In this document: positions 27,701 through 36,443 of the stretch, piece by piece
Layout of the letters: the number at the start of each line of letters is the position of its first letter
Numbering within the stretch: the stretch's first letter is position 1
Assembly: GCA_030696105.1 (NCBI GenBank)
Contig: JAUYNJ010000001.1
Span: 2,747-66,746, forward strand
DNA: 64,000 nucleotides
Origin: a bacterium
GTDB taxonomy: Bacteria > Patescibacteriota > Patescibacteriia > Patescibacteriales > UBA12465
Direction: 5' to 3'
Notes under the pieces: model-generated
Told to the model about the DNA's origin: nothing
The model's database searches: none
Seen by the model: the letters and a program-made list of their open reading frames with translations, nothing else
Position numbers and translations under genes: made by a program

Positions 27701-30031
27701 TGGAATTAATGAAACTGCATTATTTGAGTAAAGACCGATGGTTGTAGAAGCATTGCCACTGTTACCAATAGACTCAATTAATAAGACCTTACCTGAGGAA
27801 GTGGTATCAAGTGTCTGCGCATCAATAATAGAAGCGGCCTTATTGCGCGTTGACCAAATTGGCCAATAGCCATTAACCAAACTATCAACCATGGTGTCGC
27901 CAATGTTGTCCCTCACAAAACCGGCGCCCATGATGAGATTTGCACCCCAGCCTGGCTTGGCTCTGAGTAATTCGGTACAACCTTCGTCACGAGGAGAACA
28001 GCCAGACATCTTATTATTGAAATAAGAGGTTACCGCCGGTATTCCTGACCAGCTGACTTGCCCCGTTGAAGTGGCGTAAGTTCCAAATACAGAGTAAAGC
28101 TTACAACCAACGGAGTCAGCACTGCAACCAGCAAAATCTAAAGTATTTTCTAAATATGAAACACTTTGCCCGCTTGTCGAATTTACAAATGAAGTACAAG
28201 TATTATTAATCGGCGAACATGATTTTGAGTCAAATGACCAAGTCTGGCGTTCAGATTGACAGTAGCCATAGGCTTCACAACTACCATCTTCTTTTTCCTT
28301 GATACAGGTTTGTTCATCAGCACAATAATCACCAGCGCGGGTAATGAGCACGGTCTCATCATTAACGCCGCTAGTAAAATTATTACCTGGAACAACGCTA
28401 ATATCTAAAATTTGACCGCTGTAGCCTTGCTTCGCACAATAATTCAGAGGAGCTTTGAGTACCCAGTTTGGATCAACCAAGCCTCGACACCAGGTCTGAC
28501 TTTGAATATTAAAAGTTGAGGAGTATTCATTGTATTGATCAACATCGCTAAAACAGGACATCAAGTCACCGAGCGTCGCTGTCTTGCCGGAGGCGGCCGC
28601 TACTTCCCAGCCGACTGATATTAAACGATACTTCCTCATGATTTGTAGATTACGGAGGTTATATGCTCCTTCACGATATTCGGAGGTGACGAGCCAATCT
28701 TTACGCAAATACCCTTCACGTATCGCTTCTGCAACTGTTTTCTTTTCAGTAATACCTTCCATCAACTGATCATCAATAACGCACTCGGTCGGTCCAGGGT
28801 TATTTCGATCACGACAGATAGTAAGGGCTGATAAAATATTATAATCGGCGCGCACGCTGAAATTTGGTTCAATTATTTGTGCCAAGCTCTCTTTAACTGA
28901 CTTCTCGCCGTAGACAACGTTAGGGTCAGTAGACCGGTTATTACTACCCGCACTTGTGTTATCAGTTGCTGTTTTGCCAAGGTTGCTCATCGCTTTCTTA
29001 AACGCAGTAAGAGCGAGCTGATTTAAAAAGACATTAGCGGCATCAATTAAGGCGTCACCCGAAAAGGTCGCCATGTTTGAGATATATCCTTGTTGAGCTA
29101 ACTCAGATTGAAGTTTGCTATCACCAGGGATGCTCTTTAAGTTACCGGCAATATTACGAACATCAAGCCAGCCTCCGTTCGCTGTAAGTTGAGTTTTAGA
29201 AGTGTCTTTATCAATAACAACTTTTTCCTGCATACCGGCGCGCAAAGACATGTAAATACCAAGGTCGTTTGAAACAGGGTTAAAGATACCTTTAAACTCA
29301 TCAAGAAAATCAATACGCCTAATCGACGATTCCCAATTATCAACTAGCTTCGTGGCCGAACAATTTGGTGCTTGCGGACGTTTATAGTCAACCAGACCAA
29401 GAGTAATTTTAAGTTTTGCTTCTAAGGATGATGGCTGGCAAACAGAGATATTTGAGCTAGCAGTTTTAGTTGCAGTCTTTGTTGTTGACGTGTCTGAAAA
29501 AATATTACTAACACAGCTTGTTTGCTCCCTAAAACAATTGGTATTACATTGATGGTCGGGATTACCCACGCAAGCCTGACCGCACAACTTAAAGGCAGTA
29601 TTACAGCTTTCTTCCGCGGCTTCTTTGCTCCGCGTTTCCGCAGCTGAATTCGCCCAATTCTTCACGGCCCCTTCAATAAACTCACCGGCCGCTTCATCTC
29701 CTATCTGGGCCAAATAATCTCCCCAGCCTTGAGTTACGAATAAGGGTTTCTGTCCTTCATTACCAGAGCCAATCCAGGTCGCCGTATCAAAGGCAATTTT
29801 ATTTAAAGCCGAGCGTGTTGCTTTTTGAAATGCAGCCGCACCTCCTTTTTCATAGGCTTTTTTCACAAAAGCCCATATTGGCGTCAGGATATTGTTTACT
29901 GCCTGATTAAAATCGGTAAAAGCATGAGCTTCTTTAGGTGCTGAGAGGGTTGAAAACACCAATATGCACAAAAAAGCCACGGCTATCCCCAAACGGCGCC
30001 GATTTATAACGGAATTGAATCTCTTATTCAT
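21725..30031 (-). CDS. Giant secreted Cys-rich surface protein (~2,768 aa from the ATG at 30031; the ORF is open to 30133)
   Basis: The signal peptide is RRRLGIAVAFLCILVFSTLSAPKEAHA. It has dozens of cysteines and a recurring GC-x-E/R-aromatic motif, and segments such as FENGLDGWEG look like CBM-type domains. The segment IDWGDGS...HRVYHFY near the C-terminus looks PKD-like. Confidence 0.85.
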   Translation of the reverse strand: MNKRFNSVINRRRLGIAVAFLCILVFSTLSAPKEAHAFTDFNQAVNNILTPIWAFVKKAYEKGGAAAFQKATRSALNKIAFDTATWIGSGNEGQKPLFVTQGWGDYLAQIGDEAAGEFIEGAVKNWANSAAETRSKEAAEESCNTAFKLCGQACVGNPDHQCNTNCFREQTSCVSNIFSDTSTTKTATKTASSNISVCQPSSLEAKLKITLGLVDYKRPQAPNCSATKLVDNWESSIRRIDFLDEFKGIFNPVSNDLGIYMSLRAGMQEKVVIDKDTSKTQLTANGGWLDVRNIAGNLKSIPGDSKLQSELAQQGYISNMATFSGDALIDAANVFLNQLALTAFKKAMSNLGKTATDNTSAGSNNRSTDPNVVYGEKSVKESLAQIIEPNFSVRADYNILSALTICRDRNNPGPTECVIDDQLMEGITEKKTVAEAIREGYLRKDWLVTSEYREGAYNLRNLQIMRKYRLISVGWEVAAASGKTATLGDLMSCFSDVDQYNEYSSTFNIQSQTWCRGLVDPNWVLKAPLNYCAKQGYSGQILDISVVPGNNFTSGVNDETVLITRAGDYCADEQTCIKEKEDGSCEAYGYCQSERQTWSFDSKSCSPINNTCTSFVNSTSGQSVSYLENTLDFAGCSADSVGCKLYSVFGTYATSTGQVSWSGIPAVTSYFNNKMSGCSPRDEGCTELLRAKPGWGANLIMGAGFVRDNIGDTMVDSLVNGYWPIWSTRNKAASIIDAQTLDTTSSGKVLLIESIGNSGNASTTIGLYSNNAVSLIPTGLNLLSGETYTFSADVYLIEGEKVHLVLGGDYLVAAETKDKGVWRHLSVTRSLKDKPLSEMTLGITNYGNTNQARFAVRNIKLEMNPWDSGFSLYGSYRAYEKLIPPYLAPVCYVSTNPTSPDYRLRADAPVACADFARLCNRDEAGCERYTQTASGFSVAAQAVSADYCDASCNGYNVYVARSSYFFSPYADKIIPANSQKCGAAAAGCTEFTNLDAAASGGETREYYTQLKQCIKPGADCADFYTWVGNDENGYQLKALVLKKDASNNPAVTVDDSASCNEAIFNLPVTDPGFNADCRQYYNKAGAISYHLSASTITCSEDCHTYRQTEKNIDTTLTQAQCTGPSRSWNAAGSVCYSCQNGGTWSTEYQSCIYSAIPNEGKKCTAAQNGCREYNGSLGNNTKLVSAFNFENGLDGWEGRCGDAALLSQSASTNNGKSLFYDRGANSGGVQHQTSCEPTGQVSFLDKILGNSANAAPASYIQKVLGSKLTQGSAYSLKFTASAATATNVSFAFLNANDEIVYFNASENNTTGAITVSGNNEWRTYEVNLAELNHAVTANESLVIVSNADFYIDNIVLTAINSRYYLIKGSSKIPDICYYDMLNNYQGEDYNLGCSQYLDRARKTHYLRQFNRLCQDSAVGCELMVDTANSDNFNAEVWKDTNENGVCDSNETECISVPKDKFIYAIFDESKRCNGADAGCSRLGESSSSGTNTVWSDVFKRNDPDTYNQILCEEGDAGCEAWRTDEGGMSYFKNPGNNACVYRASTDPSRPGKNWYKVPVMRCDINNNGSIGTALERSGSVCSSAADCAGNRPCLVDNNDYDCSVSYLETIGYGGGGQQVPVPSEAAGLCEAKSSGCTEYIDPVSTHSPNLIFNPSLTPYNGWQTNNATGKREQRFTIDPNTLHIFSLTTSETSLSTGDVRLTFDAGVALLQGNNELTTTAVNTLIIPAASPTTRLTFYSRGNNAATISRSTGSYEVVVREAITSYQLKQQVDQSSCNGIVNADNGCILFNERSVNGASGYLPLSGWWNAAASFNGQSPAACTTGNCSANKLIKVRPDRVCATWLDCQTYIVDPETNERTCFSIGECNRLGDNNECTNFVKGLNAELNQETSDVAKATGYSLLNQLDLSSMVEVGLNTDAHFNFEEGSPNLTCKTVTDGECKFDNGIVADSIVNSPNNAPTDYPAEGKAYLKVMSGQLISPHSENSPINIVRKQDYYLNFLVNTKDSGLSAFVRIVNAATKTDVISQAISAPNGWERKVVKIPKTSLTTVDSIIIYVGVNSNTLEERYVYFDDINIEPVLKVSPGSSSSASQYIAKECRLYPTQDAAFCISKNSQVIRDGLYGYCLQHDPANKNVCLMWYPIDEISAGAKSARSNLGYQGAFPLNYCVEADGNFTLVEKRAAQRVYSKDFDDNSDYFLCYYENEAKKDNYCAQNYVAFGEKHVGDYVDRLSIRRYCEPDKKNNFDYFVLFAVGWDKFDVFCIPNKVGRLIASGPVDIFASSNYGFTFDVSGYSGWYPYNGISKNKGGNLDQLKTADPAVRVYDFNNPPADESQLKLLSSSNPDEVFYPTCSKFVQVVDSMGNNKAWAARTSKNSAYPLTTPLFFRDATTYYGESCYKETIGGNCAEWCSCGNGCECDEVLGDTCYHPSCQNVGDCMKYEVTTGESICGTPGAIPATNSYSFSLFGRNRDLIPFGAATFPDNFNITASEPIKFRNQYSKKIDQTVFGGRPYGCSGVGCSNLGFCSLDPNIICVLDPTSSANKSLVSRQSCGTNGTCMPLWNASQIVNNINYDAGNILKNVFLKNYAQYSYSTSTRSYSILTANPSHYRLDYLNNITTVNTNTSCSDASHLTGNDSNYSAYWCANWPKIENIRLNGNTIPSGGQSIPNPGIYTLTFNTKIDPEQQPMKELIIDWGDGSVQSIVNQNNRPNASEPHRVYHFYKGSNQLMDIRIKASDNWGSYCCTQNSSSCGSGGNCPTGTSSSTGGSSEVK

Positions 30032-30071
30032 AATTTTTTTCTGATATTTTTTCCGCAAACAAAAAATAAAA

Positions 30072-30695
30072 CTATTCTTCTCCGCCCTGTTCAACAAGCA
30101 TTGCTTGATACGAGGCAATGAGCTCTTCATCACTTAATGAATTTAATATTTCAGCACTAACACCACTATCAAGTAATAGTGAGCGCAGTAAACTAGCGTC
30201 AGCCTGTCCAGACATCATGAGTTGCAAAGTGTCTTCATCAGCGCTATCGGTATTAATTTGAATTGGCTCAGGAATTAAATCGTTGACCGTGCTTGTCGCT
30301 TGCGCAATAACACCTAGATCACAAGCAGTGCCGGCAGCACAATTTGGATCAGCACCTCTTTCAATTTCCTCGCGATCGCTAATACCATCACTATCAGAAT
30401 CGGCTAAATATGGTGAGGTGCCGTAGAGATTAATCTCTTCATAATCAGTCAGGCCATCACCGTCTGTATCAACATCACTTAAAGCGATTTGAAAATCTTC
30501 TAGACTTGAGGTCGGCGCTTCAACAACCTGAAAAGGACGAGTAATTTTATCATTGAACTGCCAAACCCAAAAAATAAAAACGCCCAGACTGAGAGCGGAC
30601 AGGAGCAAAAAAGCAGTCCGTTGCGGTCTGGGTAAACTCTGTAAAAATGAGGCATGAGACTCATCTTTTAATGGTTCTTGAAAATCGTTAGGCAT
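30072..30695 (-). CDS. Membrane-anchored protein with thrombospondin type-3-like calcium-binding repeats (207 aa)
   Basis: It has a TM helix (AFLLLSALSLGVFIFWVW). The repeats are DVDTDGDGLTDYEE and DSDSDGISDREE. Confidence 0.65.
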   Translation of the reverse strand: MPNDFQEPLKDESHASFLQSLPRPQRTAFLLLSALSLGVFIFWVWQFNDKITRPFQVVEAPTSSLEDFQIALSDVDTDGDGLTDYEEINLYGTSPYLADSDSDGISDREEIERGADPNCAAGTACDLGVIAQATSTVNDLIPEPIQINTDSADEDTLQLMMSGQADASLLRSLLLDSGVSAEILNSLSDEELIASYQAMLVEQGGEE

Positions 30696-30746
30696 ATTGC
30701 AGTCTGTCCTTTTTTATTTCGCGAAGAATAATCGAGATTACTCAAA

Positions 30747-31601
30747 TTATAACACGAAATCAGACAGTGCCGCAACTAAACGGCGCCACTCTTCCACACT
30801 CAAGGCCTCCGCTCTTGTCATTGGCGAAATATCGGCCTGCTTAAATGCTTTGTCAACACTCTCAGCACTAATTTTTAAGCCACCAATCAAATTATTTTTC
30901 AACATTTTGCGCTTCGCCGCGAAACCAATGCGAGCAATGCGGAAAAAACGCTTATCCTCTTCAATTGAGGCGTCAGTTGGGGTCGCACGCTCGTAATCAA
31001 AACGCAAAATCGCACTATCAACCGCTGGCGCAGGCCAAAAATCAGTCGGGGGGACTGTTCGAATTATTTCGGGCTTGCCGTAATAGTGAATTGATAAAGA
31101 TAATAAAGACATGTCAGGCTCAGCCGTGACAATTCTTTCAGCGACTTCTTTTTGAAGCATCAAAACAAGAGATCTCGGCGGACGCGCTGAGGATAGAAAG
31201 GTGCGTAAAAAAATGGAAGTAATATTATAAGGCAAGTTTGCAACCACCCGATAATCCTCGTCGGCCGCCAAATAATCTGAAGGGTTAAAACGAAGAATAT
31301 CCTGATTAACAATTTCAATGTTTTGAACATCCTGCGAATCAATGGCGATAGTTAAGATTCCTGCCAGCTTGTCATCGAGCTCAACGGCAATCACCCGCTT
31401 CGCTGCCCGCGCTAACTCGGCTGTTAAGAAACCTAAACCCGGCCCAACCTCAACCACTGTTTCTTCTGGTTTTAAGTCGGAAGCCCGAATTATTGCTTGA
31501 TAAATACCGTCGTTAATTAAAAAATTCTGACCTTTGCTACGCGCAGGCTTAATATCATATATACGGCATAATTCCTTTGTACGAGCAGCAATGTTATCCA
31601 T
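30747..31601 (-). CDS. rsmA: 16S rRNA (adenine1518/1519-N6)-dimethyltransferase RsmA/KsgA
   Basis: The motifs are SKGQNFL, VVEVGPGLGFLT and VANLPYNI. Confidence 0.9.
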   Translation of the reverse strand: MDNIAARTKELCRIYDIKPARSKGQNFLINDGIYQAIIRASDLKPEETVVEVGPGLGFLTAELARAAKRVIAVELDDKLAGILTIAIDSQDVQNIEIVNQDILRFNPSDYLAADEDYRVVANLPYNITSIFLRTFLSSARPPRSLVLMLQKEVAERIVTAEPDMSLLSLSIHYYGKPEIIRTVPPTDFWPAPAVDSAILRFDYERATPTDASIEEDKRFFRIARIGFAAKRKMLKNNLIGGLKISAESVDKAFKQADISPMTRAEALSVEEWRRLVAALSDFVL

Positions 31602-31613
31602 AATTTTTTCAGT

Positions 31614-33998
31614 TTAAACGACAAAATTTACTAATCTCTTTGCGACAAATATCTTTTTTCTTATCTCTTTTCCCTCTAGCCATTTTACTATCGCAGGTTC
31701 GGCGGCGGCCGCTTTTACAACCTCGTCTTCGGTGGCCTCCGCTGGCATTTCCAGCTGTCCGCGCAGCTTGCCATTTATTTGTATCATGTAAGAAATGACT
31801 TCGTCTTTAATCAAGACCTTATCGAATTGTGGCCAAGTAGACTTGAAAATACTCTCCTTATACCCCAACTTCTCCCAGAGTTCCTCGGACAGATGCGGCG
31901 CAAAAGGCGCAACGAGTTGCAAGATTTTAGCCATGTCCTCACGCGTGAGCGCCCAGGCATTATTCGCGTTATAGTAATCGGTTAACTCGTTCACGAGAAT
32001 CATTAAGGCCGATACGGCGGTGTTAAAATGGAAAGCCTCAATATCATCACCGACTTTTTTGATGGTCTTATGTAGCAATGACAAAATTTTCTTATCAAGT
32101 TTCACTTCTGCTGATTCGGTACAAAGTTTTTCAACTTTTTCTAAAAATTTCCGCGTCCCGGAAATGCCATTCGTATTCCAAGCAGCTGCCTGATCAAATG
32201 GACCCATAAACATTTCGTAAACGCGCAAAGCATCGGCGCCGAAGCGCTCCGCCATGGCGTCAGGATTGATAACATTACCCCAGCGCTTGCTCATTTTACG
32301 TCCATCCTCACCCATAATTAAGCCCACGTGCTGCAATTTAGTGAAGGGCTCTTCATGACTAACAACACCAATGTCAAATAAAAACTTATGCCAGAAACGA
32401 GCATAGATTAAATGTCTCGTGGCGTGCTCGGCGCCGCCGACATAAAGATCAACCGGCGACCAGCGCGCTTCATTTTCTTTATCGACTAATTCTTTATCAT
32501 TTTTAGGATCAAGGTAGCGTAAATAATACCAACAAGAACCGCCCCACTGTGGCATCGTGTTAGTTTCACGCTTCGCCTCGCCACCGCAGGTCGGACAAGT
32601 TGTTTGCACCCAGTCAGTTATCGCAGCTAGTGGTGACTCACCGGTGCCGGTGGGCTCATAACTCTTCACCTCGGGCAATACAACTGGCAGCTGTTCCTCT
32701 GGAACTCCCACCACGCCGCACTTTTCGCAATGTATGAGTGGTATTGGCTCACCCCAGTAACGCTGACGAGAATAAACCCAATCATTAATCTTATAATTCA
32801 CCCGCCTGCTTCCCAGTTTTTCCTTCTCTAGCCAAGCAGTCATTTGCATGCGCGCTTGCTCAGAACTGAGGTTTGAAAACTTTGCCGAATCATGCAAAAT
32901 ACCGTCTTCGCTAACAACAGTTTTAATCGGCAATTCGTATTTAAGCGCAAACTCATAGTCACGTTCATCGTGTGCTGGAACAGCCATAACCGCGCCGGTG
33001 CCATATCCATTTAAAACATAATCGGCCGCGTAAACGGGAACTTCTTCGCCGTTGAAAGGGTTGATAGCATATACACCCTCAAATAAAACACCGCTTTTAT
33101 CTTTATTTAAATCGGTGCGCTGCAAGTCGGTTTTATTTTTTGTTTCTTCAATATAAGCTTCGACCGCCTTCCAGTTTTTCATTTGTGGACGCAAAGCAGG
33201 TACGAGTTCATTTTCGGGAGCAAGCACAACGTAGGAGCAGCCAAAAATCGTGTCGACCCGCGTCGTAAACACGGTGATGGCCCGCTCGCTATCTTTAACT
33301 TTAAAAATAATGTCAGCACCCTCGCTGCGCCCTATCCAGTTGCGCTGCATATCCTTCACTGCCGGATCCCATTCCGGCAATTTTTCCAAATCATTTAAAA
33401 GACGCTCGGCGTAATCGGTGATTTTCAATACCCACTGTCGCATTGGTTTTTGTTCAACCGCCGTGCCACAACGCTCACACTGACCATCTTCAACATCTTC
33501 ATTAGCTAAACCGGTCTTGCAGGACGGACACCAATTAATTGGTGCGTGCGATTCATAAGCTAAGCCCTTCTGCCACATTTGCAAAAAAATCCATTGCGTC
33601 CAGCGGTAGTATTCAGGGTCGGTTGTATTTACTTCGCGCTCCCAGTCATAACAGAAACCGAGCATATTTAACTGCCGTTTGTAATTGATAACATTTTTTT
33701 CCATCGCTACACGGGGATGAATTTTATTTTTTATCGCGTAGTTCTCTGCCGGTAGACCGAAAGCATCCCAGCCCATAGGGTGAAGCACATCATAACCTTT
33801 CATTAAACGAAGACGAGCAATAATGTCGGTGGCGATATAACCCTTCGGGTGCCCCACATGCAAACCCGTACCAGAAGGATATGGAAACATGTCTAGGATG
33901 TAATATTTCGGTTTTGACTTGTTCTCCTGGGTGCGATAAAGGCCGCTTTCCTCCCAAAGCTGCTGCCATTTTTGTTCGACACTGCGGTGATCGTACAT
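31614..33998 (-). CDS. leuS: Leucine--tRNA ligase
   Basis: The HIGH region is MFPYPSGTGLHVGHPKGY, the CP1 editing motif is TTRVDTIFG and the KMSKS motif is KMSKRWGN. Confidence 0.95.
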   Translation of the reverse strand: MYDHRSVEQKWQQLWEESGLYRTQENKSKPKYYILDMFPYPSGTGLHVGHPKGYIATDIIARLRLMKGYDVLHPMGWDAFGLPAENYAIKNKIHPRVAMEKNVINYKRQLNMLGFCYDWEREVNTTDPEYYRWTQWIFLQMWQKGLAYESHAPINWCPSCKTGLANEDVEDGQCERCGTAVEQKPMRQWVLKITDYAERLLNDLEKLPEWDPAVKDMQRNWIGRSEGADIIFKVKDSERAITVFTTRVDTIFGCSYVVLAPENELVPALRPQMKNWKAVEAYIEETKNKTDLQRTDLNKDKSGVLFEGVYAINPFNGEEVPVYAADYVLNGYGTGAVMAVPAHDERDYEFALKYELPIKTVVSEDGILHDSAKFSNLSSEQARMQMTAWLEKEKLGSRRVNYKINDWVYSRQRYWGEPIPLIHCEKCGVVGVPEEQLPVVLPEVKSYEPTGTGESPLAAITDWVQTTCPTCGGEAKRETNTMPQWGGSCWYYLRYLDPKNDKELVDKENEARWSPVDLYVGGAEHATRHLIYARFWHKFLFDIGVVSHEEPFTKLQHVGLIMGEDGRKMSKRWGNVINPDAMAERFGADALRVYEMFMGPFDQAAAWNTNGISGTRKFLEKVEKLCTESAEVKLDKKILSLLHKTIKKVGDDIEAFHFNTAVSALMILVNELTDYYNANNAWALTREDMAKILQLVAPFAPHLSEELWEKLGYKESIFKSTWPQFDKVLIKDEVISYMIQINGKLRGQLEMPAEATEDEVVKAAAAEPAIVKWLEGKEIRKKIFVAKRLVNFVV

Positions 33999-33999
33999 A

Positions 34000-34764
34000 T
34001 TATTTAAGCTCTATCCCGATGGGGGCGTGATCGGATCCTAAAACCTGATCGAGAATAAAGGCTTGTTTTATCTTTTTTCTAATTTTAGCGGAAATAACAA
34101 AATAGTCAATGCGCCAACCGACATTACGGAAGCGAGCGCCACCCCGAAAACTCCACCATGAGTACTGTACTTTTTCAGGGAAAAATGAGCGAAAAGTATC
34201 TATGAACCCACTGGCTAATAATTTGCTAAACCAAGCCCTTTCTTCGGCGGTAAAGCCGGCTGAGCCGACATTAGCTTTAGGACGCGCGAGGTCGATTTCT
34301 TCGTGCGCAACATTGAAATCGCCAGTGATTATAACGGGCTTGGACTTCTCTAATTTTTTTGCGTACTTTAGTAAAAACTCGTCGAATTCTAATTTATAGG
34401 GCAAACGGCTGAGAGTATCGTTAGAATTAGGGAAATATACGTTGATTAGATAAAAGCTTGGATGTTCGAGGGTTTGAACCCTTCCCTCATCATCGTAAAT
34501 GTCAGCGCCAACACCATTAGAAACAGCGATTTTATCAAGGCCGGCTTTAACTAAAACAGCCGTTCCACTATACCCTGGCCTCTTAGCACCGTGCCAGAAA
34601 GTTTGATACCCGGAAAAGCTAAAATTCGCCTTTTCTCGGGCATTGTCATCAATTTTTATTTCTTGTAAACAGATGATGTCGGGTTGCTCGGCCTCTAAAA
34701 AAGAGGTAAAGCCTTTATTGATGGCTGCCCGAACACCGTTTACGTTCCAGGATATAATTTTCAT
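34000..34764 (-). CDS. xth: Exodeoxyribonuclease III (AP endonuclease)
   Basis: The N-terminus is MKIISWNVNG, with ...QEIK..., GDFNVAHEEIDL and a C-terminal SDHAPI. Confidence 0.9.
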   Translation of the reverse strand: MKIISWNVNGVRAAINKGFTSFLEAEQPDIICLQEIKIDDNAREKANFSFSGYQTFWHGAKRPGYSGTAVLVKAGLDKIAVSNGVGADIYDDEGRVQTLEHPSFYLINVYFPNSNDTLSRLPYKLEFDEFLLKYAKKLEKSKPVIITGDFNVAHEEIDLARPKANVGSAGFTAEERAWFSKLLASGFIDTFRSFFPEKVQYSWWSFRGGARFRNVGWRIDYFVISAKIRKKIKQAFILDQVLGSDHAPIGIELK

Positions 34765-34786
34765 CGTCTTAGTCTTGTGTTATAAT
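34758..34786 (+). promoter_or_regulatory. Candidate sigma70 promoter (TTTTCA-N17-TATAAT) for the dsbA-like/por block
   Basis: The -10 TATAAT lies at 34781-34786. A weak -35 lies at 34758-34763, inside the first codons of the divergent xth gene. Confidence 0.45.
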
Positions 34787-34847
34787 TAAATCATTATTAA
34801 TACTGTCTTCAGTATAGATAAAATTACTCTTTTTTTCAATCAAATTT

Positions 34848-35600
34848 ATGAGCCTAGATGAACGCATTGAATATTTAGAAATGAAAAATCGACATCAGAA
34901 AAAACTCCGACCTTGGTATAAAAAAACCTGGGGGGTTTTGGTGATAATTGTCGGAATATTAGCAATTTGCTTCATTATCGCCGGCTCCATATACGTGGCT
35001 CAGCAAGTACAAGCCATCAGGTCACAGGAAAGTGCTGATTTAGAAGCTAAGGAAATCGCCAAGATTACAGCAGCTATTGACGGACGTGGCGAAAGCTACA
35101 GCCTTGGGCCAATTGACGCAAAAGTGCAAATTGTTATCTTCTCCGACTTCGCCTGCCCTTACTGCCAACAAGCCGCACCAGTGGTGCGCCGTTTGGCTGA
35201 TAAATACAAGCAGGATGTGCGCTTCACCTTCCGAAATTATTTCTTCCACAACAATTCAATCGGTCTTGCCTTGGCTGCAAATTGCGCTGGAGAACAAGGA
35301 CGCTTCTGGGAAATGCATGACATCATTTTCGAAAGACAGGACTCATATAGCTCACTTAACGATGATAGCGTTAAAGAACCAATGAAAGCCTTAGCAGCGG
35401 AACTTAAGTTTGATACCAATCAATTCAAAGCCTGTCTTGATGATAAGAAATATCTTTACCGTTTAAATGACGACTTTACCGATGCTGAAATTTTAGGATT
35501 ACAAGGTACACCATCTTGGTTTATTAATCGCTACAAAATAACTGGATTTTATCCAGAAGAAAATTTCATTAACGTTATCGAAGGACTCATCGCAAAATAA
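34848..35600 (+). CDS. Membrane-anchored DsbA-family thiol:disulfide oxidoreductase
   Basis: It has an N-terminal TM helix and a thioredoxin-fold active site FSDFACPYCQQ. The C-terminal GTPSWFIN is typical of DsbA-like proteins. Confidence 0.8.
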   Translation: MSLDERIEYLEMKNRHQKKLRPWYKKTWGVLVIIVGILAICFIIAGSIYVAQQVQAIRSQESADLEAKEIAKITAAIDGRGESYSLGPIDAKVQIVIFSDFACPYCQQAAPVVRRLADKYKQDVRFTFRNYFFHNNSIGLALAANCAGEQGRFWEMHDIIFERQDSYSSLNDDSVKEPMKALAAELKFDTNQFKACLDDKKYLYRLNDDFTDAEILGLQGTPSWFINRYKITGFYPEENFINVIEGLIAK

Positions 35601-35614
35601 TTAAAGGTGACCCT

Positions 35615-36181
35615 ATGCTGCAAGTAAGAATTCACGGTCGAGGCGGGCAAGGAGTAGTCACCGCCGCTGAATTAATTGCCTACGCCGCCTTTAAAGACGG
35701 TTATTTTGCACAGGCGTTCCCCTTCTTTGGGGTGGAACGTAGTGGCGCGCCAATAACAGCTTTCGCTCGCATTGATAAAAAATCAATCATTACCCGAGAG
35801 CAAATATATCAACCCGACTATTTAATCGTGCTTGATCACACTCTTATTGTTGACGAAGTTTGCTTACAAGGAATTACCAAGAACACGAAACTTATCGTTA
35901 ACAGTAAAGAGTCGCCTGAAGTGATTAGTAAAAGCATCAGCAGAAAAGTTAGTTCAAAAAATATTCTCGCCCTTCCGGCAAGCGACATTGCCATAAAGTA
36001 TCTGGAGCGTAATCTAGTAAATACTGTTATCCTTGGTGCTTTCGCTCGCCTAAGCGGAGAGATAAGTCTGAGCTCACTGAAAAAAGCCATCAGCGAAAAA
36101 TTTGCCGACAAAGGATCGGCGCAAGTCAATAAAAATATCACTGCCGTCATGGCGGCCTTTAAATATGAAGAAATCAGCTAA
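35615..36181 (+). CDS. porG: Pyruvate/2-oxoacid:ferredoxin oxidoreductase, gamma subunit
   Basis: The N-terminus is RIHGRGGQGVVTAAELIA...AFPFFGVERSGAP. Confidence 0.9.
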   Translation: MLQVRIHGRGGQGVVTAAELIAYAAFKDGYFAQAFPFFGVERSGAPITAFARIDKKSIITREQIYQPDYLIVLDHTLIVDEVCLQGITKNTKLIVNSKESPEVISKSISRKVSSKNILALPASDIAIKYLERNLVNTVILGAFARLSGEISLSSLKKAISEKFADKGSAQVNKNITAVMAAFKYEEIS

Positions 36182-36440
36182 TCCTCACCGCCCCCTCGCC
36201 CGTCCTGGTTCTGTAAGCGAAAATAGAACCGGCTTTTGGCGTACCCAGAAACCTATATTTGACGAGAAATTATGTACTAGCTGCTCTCGCTGCGCCAAAC
36301 TTTGTCCTGATGCCTGTATTATTATGCGACTTAATAAAGAGGGTAAATTAAAAGCGCAACCTGATTACGACTACTGCAAGGGCTGCGGACTTTGTGCCGC
36401 GGAGTGCCCTTTTTCAGCCATCGCCATGAAACCGGAATAA
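36165..36440 (+). CDS. porD: 2-oxoacid:ferredoxin oxidoreductase, delta (ferredoxin) subunit
   Basis: It has two 4Fe-4S motifs, CTSCSRCAKLCP and CKGCGLCAAECP. The ATG at 36165 is preferred over the longer ORF that starts at 36102. Confidence 0.85.
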   Translation: MKKSANPHRPLARPGSVSENRTGFWRTQKPIFDEKLCTSCSRCAKLCPDACIIMRLNKEGKLKAQPDYDYCKGCGLCAAECPFSAIAMKPE

Positions 36441-36443
36441 TAT

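Noticed and set aside
30032-30133. 34-codon N-terminal extension of the giant ORF that overlaps the upstream gene
   Set aside because: The internal ATG at 30031 gives a canonical basic-hydrophobic-AxA signal peptide. The extension is probably not translated. The true start needs experimental support.
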